Counted from the stretch's first letter, positions 1 through 10,739 are shown. The stretch: 64,000 bases of DNA from Halorarum halobium (GCF_032116555.1 NZ_CP134949.1:1550001-1614000); one strand, 5' to 3'. The notes: generated from the letters alone by a model not told the origin. Translations and numbers: made by a program.

Positions 1-36
1 CTCGAGGACCGGGAGCCCGACTGGCGTGGCGAGTGA
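1..36 (+). CDS. 3' end of an upstream gene, probably enoyl-CoA hydratase/isomerase (partial)
   Basis: Reads LEDREPDWRGE*, resembling the crotonase C-terminal (F)xEKRxPxFxG motif; near a paa cluster. Only 11 codons are visible. Confidence 0.4.
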   Translation, partial: LEDREPDWRGE

Positions 37-231
37 ACGGGGGGAGCCGAGCGACGGGGAGGCCCTCGTGACCGCCGGCCAGTGGATGGTGGTCAATCGA
101 CGGGCTGCTGGTGATGACGGCCGTTCGGCCCGTTCAGGCTCGATCGGTCGGCTCCGCCACTGCTCCGGGTCGTGGGTCCTGTTCACGAGGCTGCCACACG
201 ACTTATGCGGCGGCCGTCGGAACGCGGGTCC

Positions 232-879
232 ATGCGTCGACGACAGCTACTCGGGGGGGCCGGCATCGCACTGACGACGGCGACGGCGGGCTGTCTCGGA
301 TTCATCACGGGCGAGCAGTCGCTCTCGTTCGCCGCGGAACCGGCCGTGGCCGCGGAGAGCACGGTCGGCGAGACCGATTACGAGACGGAGGGGCCACAGG
401 CACGGACGCAAACACGGGAGTTCACCGTGGCGGGCCAGACGCGCGAGGTCGAGGTGACCAACCGGATCACGACCTACCAGAAGACCGTCGACAACCCGCT
501 CTTCGGCGAGGCGCGCCTCGCCGTGTTCGCGGCCATCTCCAGCCCGAAGGTGACGGTCGCGGGCCAGACGCTCAACCCGGTGGAAGACTACTCGAACGAG
601 AAGCTGGTCTCGCTGCTCACGAGCCAGTACGAGGGGTTAGACGAGCCCACCCGCGTGGACGGCCGGACCGTCCGAACGCTCGGCAGCGACGTCGAGCTCG
701 ACAAGTTCGAGGCGACCGCGACCGTCGACGGCCAGGAGGTCGACGTGTACATCCACGTCGGTCGAACCGAACACGAGGATGACTTCGTCATCCCGATGGG
801 GATGTACCCCAAGCGGCGGGAGAGCGAGGAGCGGCCGACCGTCGTCTCGCTAACCGAGAGCCTGGAACACCCCGCCTGA
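232..879 (+). CDS. Tat-exported lipoprotein, haloarchaeal DUF6517-like
   Basis: ATG at 232 gives MRRRQLL...TAGC (twin-arginine motif plus lipobox); acidic composition. Confidence 0.7.
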   Translation: MRRRQLLGGAGIALTTATAGCLGFITGEQSLSFAAEPAVAAESTVGETDYETEGPQARTQTREFTVAGQTREVEVTNRITTYQKTVDNPLFGEARLAVFAAISSPKVTVAGQTLNPVEDYSNEKLVSLLTSQYEGLDEPTRVDGRTVRTLGSDVELDKFEATATVDGQEVDVYIHVGRTEHEDDFVIPMGMYPKRRESEERPTVVSLTESLEHPA

Positions 880-962
880 TCCGGGTTCGGGTGAATTCGG
901 ACCCGGTTGACCCATAGCTATATACGTCAGACGCTCCCTACCGTATGGCGAGGTAAGCGCGA

Positions 963-1157
963 ATGGCGAAAGGAACGGTCGCATTCTTCAACGACACGGG
1001 CGGTTACGGCTTCATCGAAAGCGAGGACGCGGACGAGGACGTCTTCTTCCACATGGAGGACGTCGGCGGTCCGGACCTCGAGGAAGGGCAGGAGGTGGAG
1101 TTCGACATCGAACAGGCCGACAAGGGTCCGCGAGCGACGAACCTCCAGCGGCTGTAG
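963..1157 (+). CDS. csp: Cold-shock protein
   Basis: GTVAFFNDTGGYGFI and DVFFHM (RNP1/RNP2 motifs); 64 aa. Confidence 0.97.
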   Translation: MAKGTVAFFNDTGGYGFIESEDADEDVFFHMEDVGGPDLEEGQEVEFDIEQADKGPRATNLQRL

Positions 1158-1443
1158 GAGAGTACGGGGACCCGACTCGCTCGGGTTCACTCGTCGCCGC
1201 GGGCGGTTCCGTTTTTACGGTGATCGGTCGGTGAGTGCCGACGGCGTCGCTACCGCGGGTGTTTCAGCGAGGCGCCACAGTCCGGGCAGGCGGCCCTGTA
1301 CGAGAGGACGCTGACCGAGCGGGAACATTCCGAACAGACGAACGCGCTGCCGACCATCGTGCCGTCTGACGGACGTCATCCTGTTAAATGTTACCATGGA
1401 TAGACCACCGCGATTTTTACCGTCCCCCGCGGTCCATCCGAGT

Positions 1444-1905
1444 ATGCCATACAGCTACCGGCCACACCACTTCGAGGACTTCGAGGAGGGCCAGACGTTC
1501 GAGAGCGTCGGCCGCACCGTCACCGAGTCCGACTTCGTCATGCACTCGGCGTTCACCGGCGACTGGACCGAACTCCACACGAACGCCGACTACGCGGCCG
1601 ACTCGCAGTTCGGCGAGCGCGTCGCCCACGGTCCGATGACGTTCTCGCTGGCCACCGGGTTCGTCTACCGGTGCGGCTTCCTCGAACGCACGGTGATGGC
1701 GTTCCTCGGCATGAACTACATGGACATCCCCGCGCCCGTCTACGAGGGCGACTCCATCTCGCTCGACATGGAAGTCACCGAGACGAAGCCGTTCTCCTCG
1801 CGCGAGGACGCCGGCCTGGTCGTCATCGACACGGAGATGACCAACCAGGACGACGAGACGGTGTTCGCGGGCGACATGAAGTTCATGATCGAGCGCGAGT
1901 CGTAG
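1444..1905 (+). CDS. MaoC-family (hot-dog fold) dehydratase
   Basis: FEDFEEG, GRTVTESD, TGDWTELH, ERVAHG motifs; next to paa genes. Confidence 0.88.
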   Translation: MPYSYRPHHFEDFEEGQTFESVGRTVTESDFVMHSAFTGDWTELHTNADYAADSQFGERVAHGPMTFSLATGFVYRCGFLERTVMAFLGMNYMDIPAPVYEGDSISLDMEVTETKPFSSREDAGLVVIDTEMTNQDDETVFAGDMKFMIERES

Positions 1906-1938
1906 CGCCCCGCCGCCGGACGGGTCGTCCCGGTCCCG

Positions 1939-2574
1939 TCATCCGAGCATCTGTTCGAACAGCGCTCCCTGTCCCCGTCGGAGCCGCTCCAGGAACGCCG
2001 ACTTGCTGATGCCGAGCTCCGCGGCCACCTCGCTCGCCGTCGATTCCTTGGGAACTGCAAAGTAGCCCGCCGCTAACGCGGCTCGCAACGCGGCCTCCTG
2101 TGGCGGGGTCACGTCCCATCGTCCCGCCGCCTCGGCCGAATCCGGACCGAGCGGGTACACCCGTTCGAGCGTCACGCCGACGGCCTCCCCGGCCGCCTCC
2201 ATCACGCCCTGGAGGACGTCGCGCCCGACGACCGCGCCCTCGAACCGCCCCTCGCCGTCCGCGTACGTCAGCGACTCGGCCATGAACCCCGCGTCGATGA
2301 GGTCGTGGACGACGCAGGGATGCATCGACAGACAGCGGTACCGGTCGCGACCGTCGCCGGCCGAGCGGTGGAGGTACCGGATCCGCTCGTCCGCGTCGAG
2401 TGCCGCCGCCAGGTCGTCGTCAGCGGGCGCGGAGAATCGGAGGAGCGCGTTGCCGTCCCGCCTGAGCAGGGGCGATTCGGCCTCCAGTCTCGCCCCGGTC
2501 GCCCGGGTTGCGGCCGCGAGCGGGCACTCGTCGCCCGTGACGCGGACCTCGACGACGAGACAGTCGTCGATCAT
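1939..2574 (-). CDS. Bat-like HTH-10 transcriptional regulator, divergent from paa operon
   Basis: C-terminal TPPQ..AL..A..GYF..P....SEVAAELGISKSAFLERLRRG is a typical haloarchaeal HTH_10 domain. Confidence 0.88.
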   Translation of the reverse strand: MIDDCLVVEVRVTGDECPLAAATRATGARLEAESPLLRRDGNALLRFSAPADDDLAAALDADERIRYLHRSAGDGRDRYRCLSMHPCVVHDLIDAGFMAESLTYADGEGRFEGAVVGRDVLQGVMEAAGEAVGVTLERVYPLGPDSAEAAGRWDVTPPQEAALRAALAAGYFAVPKESTASEVAAELGISKSAFLERLRRGQGALFEQMLG

Positions 2575-2657
2575 GCCCCCTCCTTCGACGAGTAACTATT
2601 TATATCCCGTCTATGGGCGGGCGAACCGATAGGGAGCCACGTCCGTAACGGTTCTTC

Positions 2658-3596
2658 ATGGACATCGAGGAGGTCACGGAGCGGGCGGGCCCCCGTCAGT
2701 TCGGCCCCGGCGACGACATGCCCGAGGAGTACCGCACGGCGGCGACCCGCATGATCCAGTTCCACGCGAACAGCGAGGTGATGGGCGGCTACCTCGACAA
2801 GGAGTTCACGCGACACGCCCCGTCGCTGGACCGGAAGCTGGCGAACACGGCGAAGGTCCAGGACGAGGTCGGGCACGCGCAGTTGCTCTACCGCGCCGCG
2901 GAGACGCTCGGCGTGAAGACCCGCGAGGAGATGCTGGAGGAGCTTCGCGTCGGCAAGGGGAAGTTCCTGAACTGCTTTCACTACCCGGTTGACTCGTGGT
3001 ACGAGGCGCCGATGATCGACTTCTTCGTCGACGGCGGGGCGATGCGTCGGCAGGCGACGCTGAAGAATACCTCGTGGACCCCCTACGCCCACGCGATGGA
3101 CAAGGTCTGCTTCGAGGAGGGCTTCCACGTCAAGCACGGCGAGTCCATCCTCCGCGAACTCATGCGGGGGTCGAAGGCGACCCGCGAGCGGACCCAGGAG
3201 ACGTTCGACGAGTGGTGGCCGCGCATCCTCCAGTTCTTCGGGCCGACGAACGACGAGTCCACGCACGACGACTTCGCCCAGCAGGTCGGCCTGAAGACGG
3301 TGAGCAACGACGAACTCCGCAACTCGTTCCTGAACATGTACGTCCCGAAGGCCGAGAAGTACGGCCTCGAGATCCCCGACCACCCGCGCCTGTTCGAGCG
3401 GGAGGACGGCACGATGGCCGTCCGCGAGGACGACCTCGACTGGGACGAGTTCTGGACCATCTCGAAGAACGAGTACGAGGGGAGCCACGAGCAGATCGGC
3501 TCGCGTCGCCGCCGCCAGGACGCCGTCGATTGGGCCCGCCAGTCGCTGGACTCCTGGGAGTCGGGCGCGGGCGCCGCCGCGGGGGCGGCCGACTGA
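2658..3596 (+). CDS. paaA: Phenylacetyl-CoA epoxidase subunit A
   Basis: APSLDRKLANTAKVQDEVGH and EEGFH di-iron ExxH motifs; WWPRILQFFGP. Confidence 0.93.
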   Translation: MDIEEVTERAGPRQFGPGDDMPEEYRTAATRMIQFHANSEVMGGYLDKEFTRHAPSLDRKLANTAKVQDEVGHAQLLYRAAETLGVKTREEMLEELRVGKGKFLNCFHYPVDSWYEAPMIDFFVDGGAMRRQATLKNTSWTPYAHAMDKVCFEEGFHVKHGESILRELMRGSKATRERTQETFDEWWPRILQFFGPTNDESTHDDFAQQVGLKTVSNDELRNSFLNMYVPKAEKYGLEIPDHPRLFEREDGTMAVREDDLDWDEFWTISKNEYEGSHEQIGSRRRRQDAVDWARQSLDSWESGAGAAAGAAD

Positions 3597-3934
3597 TGAT
3601 CTTCGAGGTGTTCCGGCAGGAGGAGGCCGGCGACTACCACCGGCACGTCGGCAACGTCCACGCGCCGGACCGCGAGATGGCGAAACTGTTCGCCTCGATC
3701 CAGCACGGCCGCCGGATGCAGACCAACTCGCTGTGGGTCGTCCCCCGGCCGGAGATCGGCGAGGTCGACGCCGACGACGTGACGTTCGGCGGCGCGACCG
3801 ACAAGGCGTACCGCTGGGCGATGACGTACAACGACATCGACGCGTCGTTCGCCCAGGAGGTCGAGGACAGCGAGGCCGAGCAGCGCGAGGCCGCGCGCAA
3901 GCGCCGCGAGGCGATGCAGGAGGGGGGTGACTGA
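3596..3934 (+). CDS. paaB: Phenylacetyl-CoA epoxidase subunit B
   Basis: ATG overlaps paaA stop; MIFEVFRQ..HRHVGNVHAPDREMA..SLWVVP. Confidence 0.9.
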   Translation: MIFEVFRQEEAGDYHRHVGNVHAPDREMAKLFASIQHGRRMQTNSLWVVPRPEIGEVDADDVTFGGATDKAYRWAMTYNDIDASFAQEVEDSEAEQREAARKRREAMQEGGD

Positions 3935-4779
3935 TGGCCGCGAAACTGGACCGTGGCGACCTGAGCGCCGAAGGGCAGCTCGCGCTGGAGGAACTCCTCT
4001 TTCGGCTCGCCGACGACGAGTTCGTTCACGCCGAGCGGCTCACGGAGTGGCAGATCTACTCGCCCACGGTCGAGGCCGACCTGGCGCTCGCGAACGTCGC
4101 ACAGGACGAGTTCGGCCACGCACGCCTCTGGTACGACCTCCTGCAGGAACTCGGCTACACCGAGGCCGAGTGCATCTGGGAGCGCCCGCCGGGGGAGTGG
4201 ACCCACGCGCCGCTGGTCGAGCTGCCGTTCGACGACGACGGCTGGGGCGACGCGATCCTCCGGGGCTACCTCTACGACGTGGCCGAGCGACTCAGGCTCG
4301 AGGCGCTCGTGGACACGAGCTACGCCCCGCTGGCGGACCGCGTGGGCAAGGCACTCTCCGAGGAGGACTACCACCGCGAGCACGCCCAGAGCTGGCTGGA
4401 GCGACTGACCGCGGACGAAGAGGGACGCGAGCGGCTGCAGTCGGCCCTCGAGACCCTGTTCCCGCACGCGCTTTCGCTGTTCGCGCCCGGCCCGCGCGAG
4501 GACGAGATCCTCGAGCACGGCTTCCGGACCGAGACGCTGTCGGACCTCCGAGCCGAGTGGCTCGACGTCGTCGTCCCGTTCCTCGAATCGCTCGGGCTCG
4601 ACGTGCCGGAACCCGATGCCGGCGGGACCGGTGACGCCGGCGAGGTGGAGCGGCCGGACGTCCGGGGTCGTGACGGTAGCCACACCGACGACTGGTTCGA
4701 CCTGTACGAGGCGTTCACCCGGACCTACCGGGAGGTCGAGTTCGAGTCGCCGGCCCGCCTGCGCGGCGAGGAGGCGTAG
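3934..4779 (+). CDS. paaC: Phenylacetyl-CoA epoxidase subunit C
   Basis: LADDEFV..RL.EW....P..E.DLALAN.AQDEFGHAR; EEDYH; GRDGSHT. Confidence 0.92.
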   Translation: MAAKLDRGDLSAEGQLALEELLFRLADDEFVHAERLTEWQIYSPTVEADLALANVAQDEFGHARLWYDLLQELGYTEAECIWERPPGEWTHAPLVELPFDDDGWGDAILRGYLYDVAERLRLEALVDTSYAPLADRVGKALSEEDYHREHAQSWLERLTADEEGRERLQSALETLFPHALSLFAPGPREDEILEHGFRTETLSDLRAEWLDVVVPFLESLGLDVPEPDAGGTGDAGEVERPDVRGRDGSHTDDWFDLYEAFTRTYREVEFESPARLRGEEA

Positions 4780-5196
4780 ATGCCGACGAACGTCCCGCTC
4801 GACTCCGAAGCGTGCGCCTACACGGAGTACGACTCGGGCGAGTCGCCCGAGGAGTTCCCGAAGACCGGCGACGACGCGACCGGGACGGAAGCGGGCGTCT
4901 GGGCCGCCCTCTACGAGGTCGAGGACCCGGAGATGCCGGTGAGCGTCGTCGACCTCGGGCTCGTCTACGGCGTCGAGGTGGACGAGGAGTCGGGCCGCTG
5001 CGAGGTCGAGATGACGCTCACTTACTCGGGCTGTCCGGCGCGAGACATGCTGCTCAACGACGTGCGCTGTGCCGCCGAGACCGCCGAGGGCGTCGCGGAG
5101 GCCGAGGTCCGTCTGCGCTACTCGCCCGAGTGGAACGTGGAGATGGTGACCGAGCGCGGACGCGAGGACCTCCGCGAGTTCGGCCTGAGCGTGTGA
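4780..5196 (+). CDS. paaD: PaaD-like SUF-type (DUF59) protein, N-terminal part
   Basis: V.DPEMPVSVVDLGLV and TYSGCPA motifs. Confidence 0.9.
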   Translation: MPTNVPLDSEACAYTEYDSGESPEEFPKTGDDATGTEAGVWAALYEVEDPEMPVSVVDLGLVYGVEVDEESGRCEVEMTLTYSGCPARDMLLNDVRCAAETAEGVAEAEVRLRYSPEWNVEMVTERGREDLREFGLSV

Positions 5197-5199
5197 GGC

Positions 5200-5367
5200 A
5201 TGAGCCGGAACGATCCAAGCACGACGGCGACGGACGAGGACGAGGCCGCCGAGTGCCCGTACTGCGGTTCGACGAACACCGTTCGGGACCACCCGAAGGG
5301 GCCGGGGCTGTGCCGCTCGATGCACTTCTGTGAGGACTGCCAGCAGCCGTTCGAGCAGTTCGGGTAG
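5200..5367 (+). CDS. Small Zn-finger protein corresponding to the C-terminal domain of bacterial PaaD (not in ORF track)
   Basis: 55 aa: MSRNDPS...CPYCGSTNT...GPGLCRSMHFCEDCQQPFEQFG; starts 3 nt after paaD stop. Confidence 0.85.
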   Translation: MSRNDPSTTATDEDEAAECPYCGSTNTVRDHPKGPGLCRSMHFCEDCQQPFEQFG

Positions 5368-5434
5368 GGTTCCGGTTCGGGTCCGGATTCCGTTTTTCCG
5401 TCGTCTCGCGCATGGGTGACCGTCACCGAGACGA

Positions 5435-5561
5435 CCTCGGAAGCCCCCGCGGCTCTCGGCTCGCGCGGGACGCTCTGTGCTCCTCGCGCTCCCTGCGGTC
5501 GCGCTACGGTGCTTGAGGCCCCGGGCGTCCCCGAGAGCCGCGCCCCCTTCCATTCCCACCC
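5435..5561 (+). repeat. Dispersed palindromic intergenic element, copy 1
   Basis: CCTCGGAAGCCCCCG...GCTCCCTGCGGTCGC...CCCCTTCCATTCCCACCC shared with other copies; perfect 12-bp stem 5448-5459/5531-5542. Confidence 0.8.
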
Positions 5562-5711
5562 TGCAGACGGTCGGTCGCCACCCCCTCACTGACACCCGCT
5601 TGCGCCGCTGTGGGGTGCCGACGTCGCTGCTTCGCTGGATGGACGGAGGTGTCGTCCAGCCGTGAACGGGGATGTCGTCCCGCCGGTAAACCAGAAATCG
5701 TCGCGCGGCGA

Positions 5712-7640
5712 TTATTCGGCGTCGATGAAGTCCGGTCGCGTGCGCTTCTCGTCGCGCTCGGCTTCGATGTGGGCGCGGAACTCGCTCGGATCGACGTCCC
5801 CGACCTCGTTCTCGAACCGGTCGCGCACCGAGATGGTCTCGGATTTCTCCTCGTCGCCGCCGACGATGACCATGTACGGTACGCGGTCGTCGTGGGCCGC
5901 GCGGATCTTCCGCCCGATGGTCATGTCGCGGTCCTCGACCTCGACGCGGAACCCGTCGAGTTCGTTCTTCGTCCGGTAGGCGTAGCCCAGGTTGTCGTCC
6001 GAGATGGGGAGGATCCGGACCTGCTCGGGCGCGAGCCAGAGCGGGAACTTCCCCGCGAAGTGTTCGATCAGAACCATGAAGAAGCGCTCGTAGGAGCCGT
6101 AGAGCGCCCGGTGGATCATCACCGGCCGGTGCTCCTCGTTGTCCTCGCCCGTGTAGGTGAGATCGAAACTCTCGGGCATCGTGAAGTCGAGCTGGACCGT
6201 CGGGCCGTCCCAGCTTCGGCCGAGCGCGTCCTCGAAGCTGAAGTCGATCTTCGGCCCGTAGAACGCGCCGTCGCCCGGTTCGAGCCCCCAGTCGAGCGCC
6301 GAGGACTCCAGCACCGCCTCGAGCTGGCTTTCGGCCTTCTCCCACACCTCGTCGCTCCCGACCGACTTCTCGGGACGCGTCGCGAGATCGACCGAGACGT
6401 CGAGATCGAACGTCTCCAGCACCTCCTCGATCATCTCCATGATGGTCCGGACCTCGGCTTCGATCTGGTCGGGTTCGACGAACAGGTGGCCGTCGTCGAT
6501 GGTGAACGCCCAGGTCCGCGAGAGTCCCGAGAGTTCGCCGCGCTGCTCCTTGCGGTACACCTTCCCGTGTTCCGCATAGCGGACGGGCAGGTCGCGGTAG
6601 CTCCACGAGCCCTGATCGAAGATGGTCGCGTGGCCCGGGCAGTTCATCGGCTTCAGGCCGTACTCCTCGTCGTTCACGTCGAAGAGGAACATGTCGTCCT
6701 GATAGTTGTCGTAGTGGCCCGACTGTTCCCAGAGCTCCGTCCGGAACACGTGTGGCGTCTCGACCTCGCCGTAGCCCGCGTCCCGGTTGAGGTCGTTGAC
6801 GTACGACTCGAGTTCCGAGAGGATCGTCTTGCCCGGCGGATGATACAGCGGCAGCCCCGGTCCCGTCACCGTCGGGATGGAGAACAGATCCATCTCCCGG
6901 GCGATACGCCGGTGGTCGCGGTCCTTCGCCTCCTCGCGCATCTCTAGGAACTCCGCCAGGTCGGACTCGGACTCGAACGCCGTGCCGTACACCCGGGTGA
7001 GCTGGTCGTTCTCCTCGTCGCCGCGCCAGTAGGCCGAGGAGATGTTCATCAGCTTCACCGCGCCGATCTTCCCGGTCGAATCGACGTGGGGTCCCTTGCA
7101 GAGGTCGCGCCAGTCGTCCTGCTCGTAGACGGAGACGGGGTCCTCGCCCGCGGCCTCCTCGTGGAGGATCTCGGTCTTGTACGGGTTGTCATCGAAGGCG
7201 GCGAGCGCCTCCTCGCGGGACAGTTCGCGGCGCTCGATGGGGTAGTCGGCCTCGATGATGTCGCGCATCTCGGCTTCGAGTTCCCCGAAGTCGGACTCGT
7301 CGAGGTCGACGCCGGTCACGTCGTAGTAGAACCCCTCGTCGGTCGGCGGACCGATGGCGAGATTCGTCTCGGGGTGGAGCCGCTGGAGCGCCTGTGCGAA
7401 CACGTGGGCCGCCGAGTGGCGGAGCACGTCCAAGTACTCCTCGGACTGGTCGGTGACGATCTCCAGGCGCGCGCCGTCGTGCAGCGGCGCGGCCTTGTCG
7501 ACCAGTTCGCCGTCGACGACGCCCGCGATGGTGTCGTCCCCGAGACCGGGTCCGATCTCGTAGGCCGCGTCCTCCACCGTCGCGCCCCCGGGGACGGACA
7601 GTTCCGAGCCGTCCGGCAGGACGACCGCGATGTCGCTCAT
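5712..7640 (-). CDS. thrS: Threonine--tRNA ligase (bacterial-type, TGS plus editing domain)
   Basis: ATG at 7640 ([12 protein letters not shown]); [41 protein letters not shown]. Confidence 0.97.
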   Translation of the reverse strand: MSDIAVVLPDGSELSVPGGATVEDAAYEIGPGLGDDTIAGVVDGELVDKAAPLHDGARLEIVTDQSEEYLDVLRHSAAHVFAQALQRLHPETNLAIGPPTDEGFYYDVTGVDLDESDFGELEAEMRDIIEADYPIERRELSREEALAAFDDNPYKTEILHEEAAGEDPVSVYEQDDWRDLCKGPHVDSTGKIGAVKLMNISSAYWRGDEENDQLTRVYGTAFESESDLAEFLEMREEAKDRDHRRIAREMDLFSIPTVTGPGLPLYHPPGKTILSELESYVNDLNRDAGYGEVETPHVFRTELWEQSGHYDNYQDDMFLFDVNDEEYGLKPMNCPGHATIFDQGSWSYRDLPVRYAEHGKVYRKEQRGELSGLSRTWAFTIDDGHLFVEPDQIEAEVRTIMEMIEEVLETFDLDVSVDLATRPEKSVGSDEVWEKAESQLEAVLESSALDWGLEPGDGAFYGPKIDFSFEDALGRSWDGPTVQLDFTMPESFDLTYTGEDNEEHRPVMIHRALYGSYERFFMVLIEHFAGKFPLWLAPEQVRILPISDDNLGYAYRTKNELDGFRVEVEDRDMTIGRKIRAAHDDRVPYMVIVGGDEEKSETISVRDRFENEVGDVDPSEFRAHIEAERDEKRTRPDFIDAE

Positions 7641-7808
7641 ACGAAACGGGAGTCGGAGGGCGCGAATAAGTCTTGTCGAACTGTGTGACCGTGCTCGGCA
7701 CGCGGTCGCCGAGCAGGTGTGTGGCCCGGTTGGAACACGCCCGGCCGGGCTACCGGCCCGGACCGCCGCGGCGGAAAGGTCCAAGCCCCGACCGCCGTGA
7801 GGGGACGT

Positions 7809-9065
7809 ATGAACGTGCAGGTCGACGGGGATCGACTCCGCGCCGACATCGAGGCGAACGCGGCCTTCGGCGAGGTCGAGGTCGCGGAGGGACGGGGCCG
7901 GACCGTGCGCTGCGGGACGGAGGCGAACCGACTCGCGCGCGAACGGTTCGTGAAACGACTGGAGGACGCGGGACTCGACGTCACCGTCGACGCCGTCGGC
8001 AACGTCGCCGGCGCGTGGACCCCCGCCTCGGCGGGCCCGGACGCCGCGCCGGTCGCGGCCGGGAGCCACCTGGATTCGGTTCCGGAGGGCGGCATCTTCG
8101 ACGGCCCGCTCGGCGCCTACGCCGCGCTGGAGGCCGTCCGTGCGATGCAGGACGCCGGGGTCGAGCCGGCGCGACCCCTCGTCGTCGTCTCGTTCACCGA
8201 GGAGGAGGGACAGCGCTTTGCCGAGGGATTGCTGGGCTCCTCCGTGGCGGCCGGGGAACGCTCCCTCGAGGACGCGCTCGCGCTGACTGACGACGAAGGG
8301 GTCACCCTGGAGGAAGCACTGACGGACGTCGGCTTCCGGGGTGAAGGGGTGCTCGACGCGTCCGAGTGGGACGCCTGGTACGAACTCCACGTCGAGCAGG
8401 ACGCGACCCTGGAGGACGCGGAGGTCCCGGTCGGCGTCGTGACCGACATCACCGGAATCACGCACTGTGAGGTCCTCATCCGGGGTGAGGCGAACCATGC
8501 GGGGGCGACGTCGATGGTCGACCGGACGGACGCGCTCGCGGCCGCAGCCGAGTTCGTCCTGGACGTCGAGTCGGCCGCGAACGACGTGGTCGAGACGAGC
8601 AGCGAGTCGGCGGTCGGGACCGTCGGGTCGCTGTCGGTCTCCCCGAACGCGACGAACGTCGTCCCCGGCAAGGTCGAGGCCGGCGTGGACGTGCGCGACG
8701 TGGACGCCGAGTCGATGGAGACGGTGGTCGCGGCGGCGCGCGACTCGCTCGAGCGACTCGAGACGGAACGCGGCGTCGACACCGAGTTCTCGCGGCCGTT
8801 CGATCTGTCCCCGACGCCGATGAGCGACCGACTCCGCGCGGCCGCCCACGACGCGGGCGAGGCGGCCGGGATCGGGACGCTCGACCTCCACTCGGGGGCC
8901 GCCCACGACACGATGTACGTCGCCGGCGTGACCGACGCGGCGCTGCTGTTCGCCCCGTCGCGCGACGGGATCAGTCACAACCCCCGCGAGTGGACCGACT
9001 GGGTCGACTGCGCCGACGCGACGCGGGTGATGGCCGGCGCGATGGCCGACGTGGCGACCGAATAG
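7809..9065 (+). CDS. M20-family Zn amidohydrolase (N-carbamoyl-amino-acid/allantoate type)
   Basis: [43 protein letters not shown]. Confidence 0.92.
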   Translation: MNVQVDGDRLRADIEANAAFGEVEVAEGRGRTVRCGTEANRLARERFVKRLEDAGLDVTVDAVGNVAGAWTPASAGPDAAPVAAGSHLDSVPEGGIFDGPLGAYAALEAVRAMQDAGVEPARPLVVVSFTEEEGQRFAEGLLGSSVAAGERSLEDALALTDDEGVTLEEALTDVGFRGEGVLDASEWDAWYELHVEQDATLEDAEVPVGVVTDITGITHCEVLIRGEANHAGATSMVDRTDALAAAAEFVLDVESAANDVVETSSESAVGTVGSLSVSPNATNVVPGKVEAGVDVRDVDAESMETVVAAARDSLERLETERGVDTEFSRPFDLSPTPMSDRLRAAAHDAGEAAGIGTLDLHSGAAHDTMYVAGVTDAALLFAPSRDGISHNPREWTDWVDCADATRVMAGAMADVATE

Positions 9066-9131
9066 TGTGAGGTGAACGACCGAAGGGAGCGAATCGAGCG
9101 AACCGACAGATGAATGAAAGAAACGGCGGCA

Positions 9132-9183
9132 TTTTTGGCAGGCCTAAAAATCGAAGCGGTTATGTGCTTTTAGGCCACCCGAA
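9132..9183. promoter_or_regulatory. Two DtxR/Idr-like operator boxes around promoter of iron-ABC lipoprotein
   Basis: TTTTTGGCAGGCCTAAAAA (9132-9150) and TTTTAGGCCACCCGAA (9168-9183): imperfect TTTAGG-N-CCTAAA palindromes. Confidence 0.6.
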
Positions 9184-9188
9184 CGTGC

Positions 9189-10436
9189 ATGACGGACGAC
9201 GAGGGCCGGACCGAGGCACCGACACGGCGCGAGTACGTGAAGTACGGCGGGGCAGTCATCGGGGGAGGGCTGCTCGCGGGATGCGCCGGGCGATCGGAGA
9301 GTGACCCGACGCGGACGCCGGACGCGACCCAGCAACCGGCGAACACGGGCGATAAAACGGAGCCCGAGACGTCGACCTCGACGGCGGAACAGAGTTACTC
9401 CGTCGAGCTGTCACCCGTCGGCGAGGTCACGCTGGAGGAGCCGCCGACGAACGTCTTCACCCACTTCCCGTGGTTCCCGGACATGGCAAGCGCGCTCGGG
9501 CAAGGAGAGACCATCAACAACCTCTGGTGGGACGGAACGGTGGCGGGGCTCGAGTACTTCACCGCCGGGTTCGACGATTTCGAGATCGAGTGGGCGGACG
9601 CCGCGGGACAGTACGGCTTCGCGAAGGAACAGGTGTACGAACTCGACAGTGACCTCCACCTCGTGGACCCCGCCTGGGTCACCTCACAGGACGGCTGGGA
9701 CCGGGACGACGTGGATGAAATCGCCGACAACGTCGGGCCGTGGCTCGGCAACTACTACAGTAACTTTCACTCGACGCCCCCCGAGTCGTGGGCTGATGGG
9801 TACGAGTACTACGACCTCTGGGAGCTGTTCGACTCCGTCGCGACGATGTACGGGGAACGGTCACGGTACGAGGCGCTCCGGGCCGTCCACGACGACTTGC
9901 TGGCGACGATCGAGGCGGGACTCCCGCCGGAGTCGGAGCGGCCGACCGCGGCCTACCTCTCGATCTCGGCGGACCTCTCCAGCATCTACCTGCTCCGACT
10001 GAACGCGCCCGGCTACTGGAACTCCCACACCCGACCGCTCGGCGCGGTCGACGCCTTCGGCGACGAGGAATTTTCGGGACCGTTCCTGCAAGTCGACATG
10101 GAGGCGCTGTTGGAAGCCGAACCGGACGTGATACTCGGACTGTGGACGGTCACGGAGACCTTCGATTTCGGAACGCTGAAGCAGAACCTGGCGGAGGACC
10201 CCGTCGGGAGCGAGTTATCCGCCGTCCGGAACGACCGGGTGTACCCGCAGGGGACGCGGTGGCAGGGACCGCTGATGAACCTGTTCCAGCTCGAAATGAC
10301 CGCGAAGCAACTGTACCCCGAGCAGTTCGGTGCGTGGCCGGCCTACGAGAACGGGGACTCGTACCCCGAGTTCGGTGCCGACGAACAGCTGTTCGACCAC
10401 CAGCGGGTCGCCGACGTCATCAACGGCGACTTCTGA
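9189..10436 (+). CDS. ABC transporter substrate-binding lipoprotein, iron-siderophore type (Tat)
   Basis: PTRREYVK...LLAGC Tat lipobox; DMEALLEAEPDVIL and LSAVRNDRVY motifs of class III binding proteins. Confidence 0.87.
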   Translation: MTDDEGRTEAPTRREYVKYGGAVIGGGLLAGCAGRSESDPTRTPDATQQPANTGDKTEPETSTSTAEQSYSVELSPVGEVTLEEPPTNVFTHFPWFPDMASALGQGETINNLWWDGTVAGLEYFTAGFDDFEIEWADAAGQYGFAKEQVYELDSDLHLVDPAWVTSQDGWDRDDVDEIADNVGPWLGNYYSNFHSTPPESWADGYEYYDLWELFDSVATMYGERSRYEALRAVHDDLLATIEAGLPPESERPTAAYLSISADLSSIYLLRLNAPGYWNSHTRPLGAVDAFGDEEFSGPFLQVDMEALLEAEPDVILGLWTVTETFDFGTLKQNLAEDPVGSELSAVRNDRVYPQGTRWQGPLMNLFQLEMTAKQLYPEQFGAWPAYENGDSYPEFGADEQLFDHQRVADVINGDF

Positions 10437-10739
10437 CCGCGAACTCACCCGCGCCCGTTCGACGGTCGTCCTTGGTGACTCCCCTTCAGTTCGTCTCAAC
10501 GGGAGGCGGGCCGATTCTACCGACCCGTCCACAGCTCTCCGCCCGGAACCGCCAATCAGCGATCGGGTCCCTCGAGCGACCGGAACGTGAGGTTTCGGCC
10601 TTCCAGCCGACGGGGGCGGCGCGAGTCGAGATGCCGGGTCTCCAGCGTCCCGATTCTGGGAGTTCTCCCAGTATCGTCGCCACCAGCCGTTCCCGTCCCC
10701 GGTGACGGTCCCGGCACCGCCACGGTGAACACCGACGAA

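Noticed and set aside
5362..5397. Short (GG)TTCCGG-like microsatellite after the paa operon
   Set aside because: Degenerate low-complexity sequence before a T-tract terminator; not a CRISPR repeat.
7641..8978. Apparent long N-terminal extension of ThrS (1088-aa ORF)
   Set aside because: It is antisense to the amidohydrolase gene; ThrS starts at ATG 7640 with a promoter-like TTATT just upstream.
10437..10739. 300-bp gap between convergent genes with hairpin CTGGGAG-TT-CTCCCAG
   Set aside because: No credible ORF or recognisable RNA motif; one hairpin is insufficient for a call.
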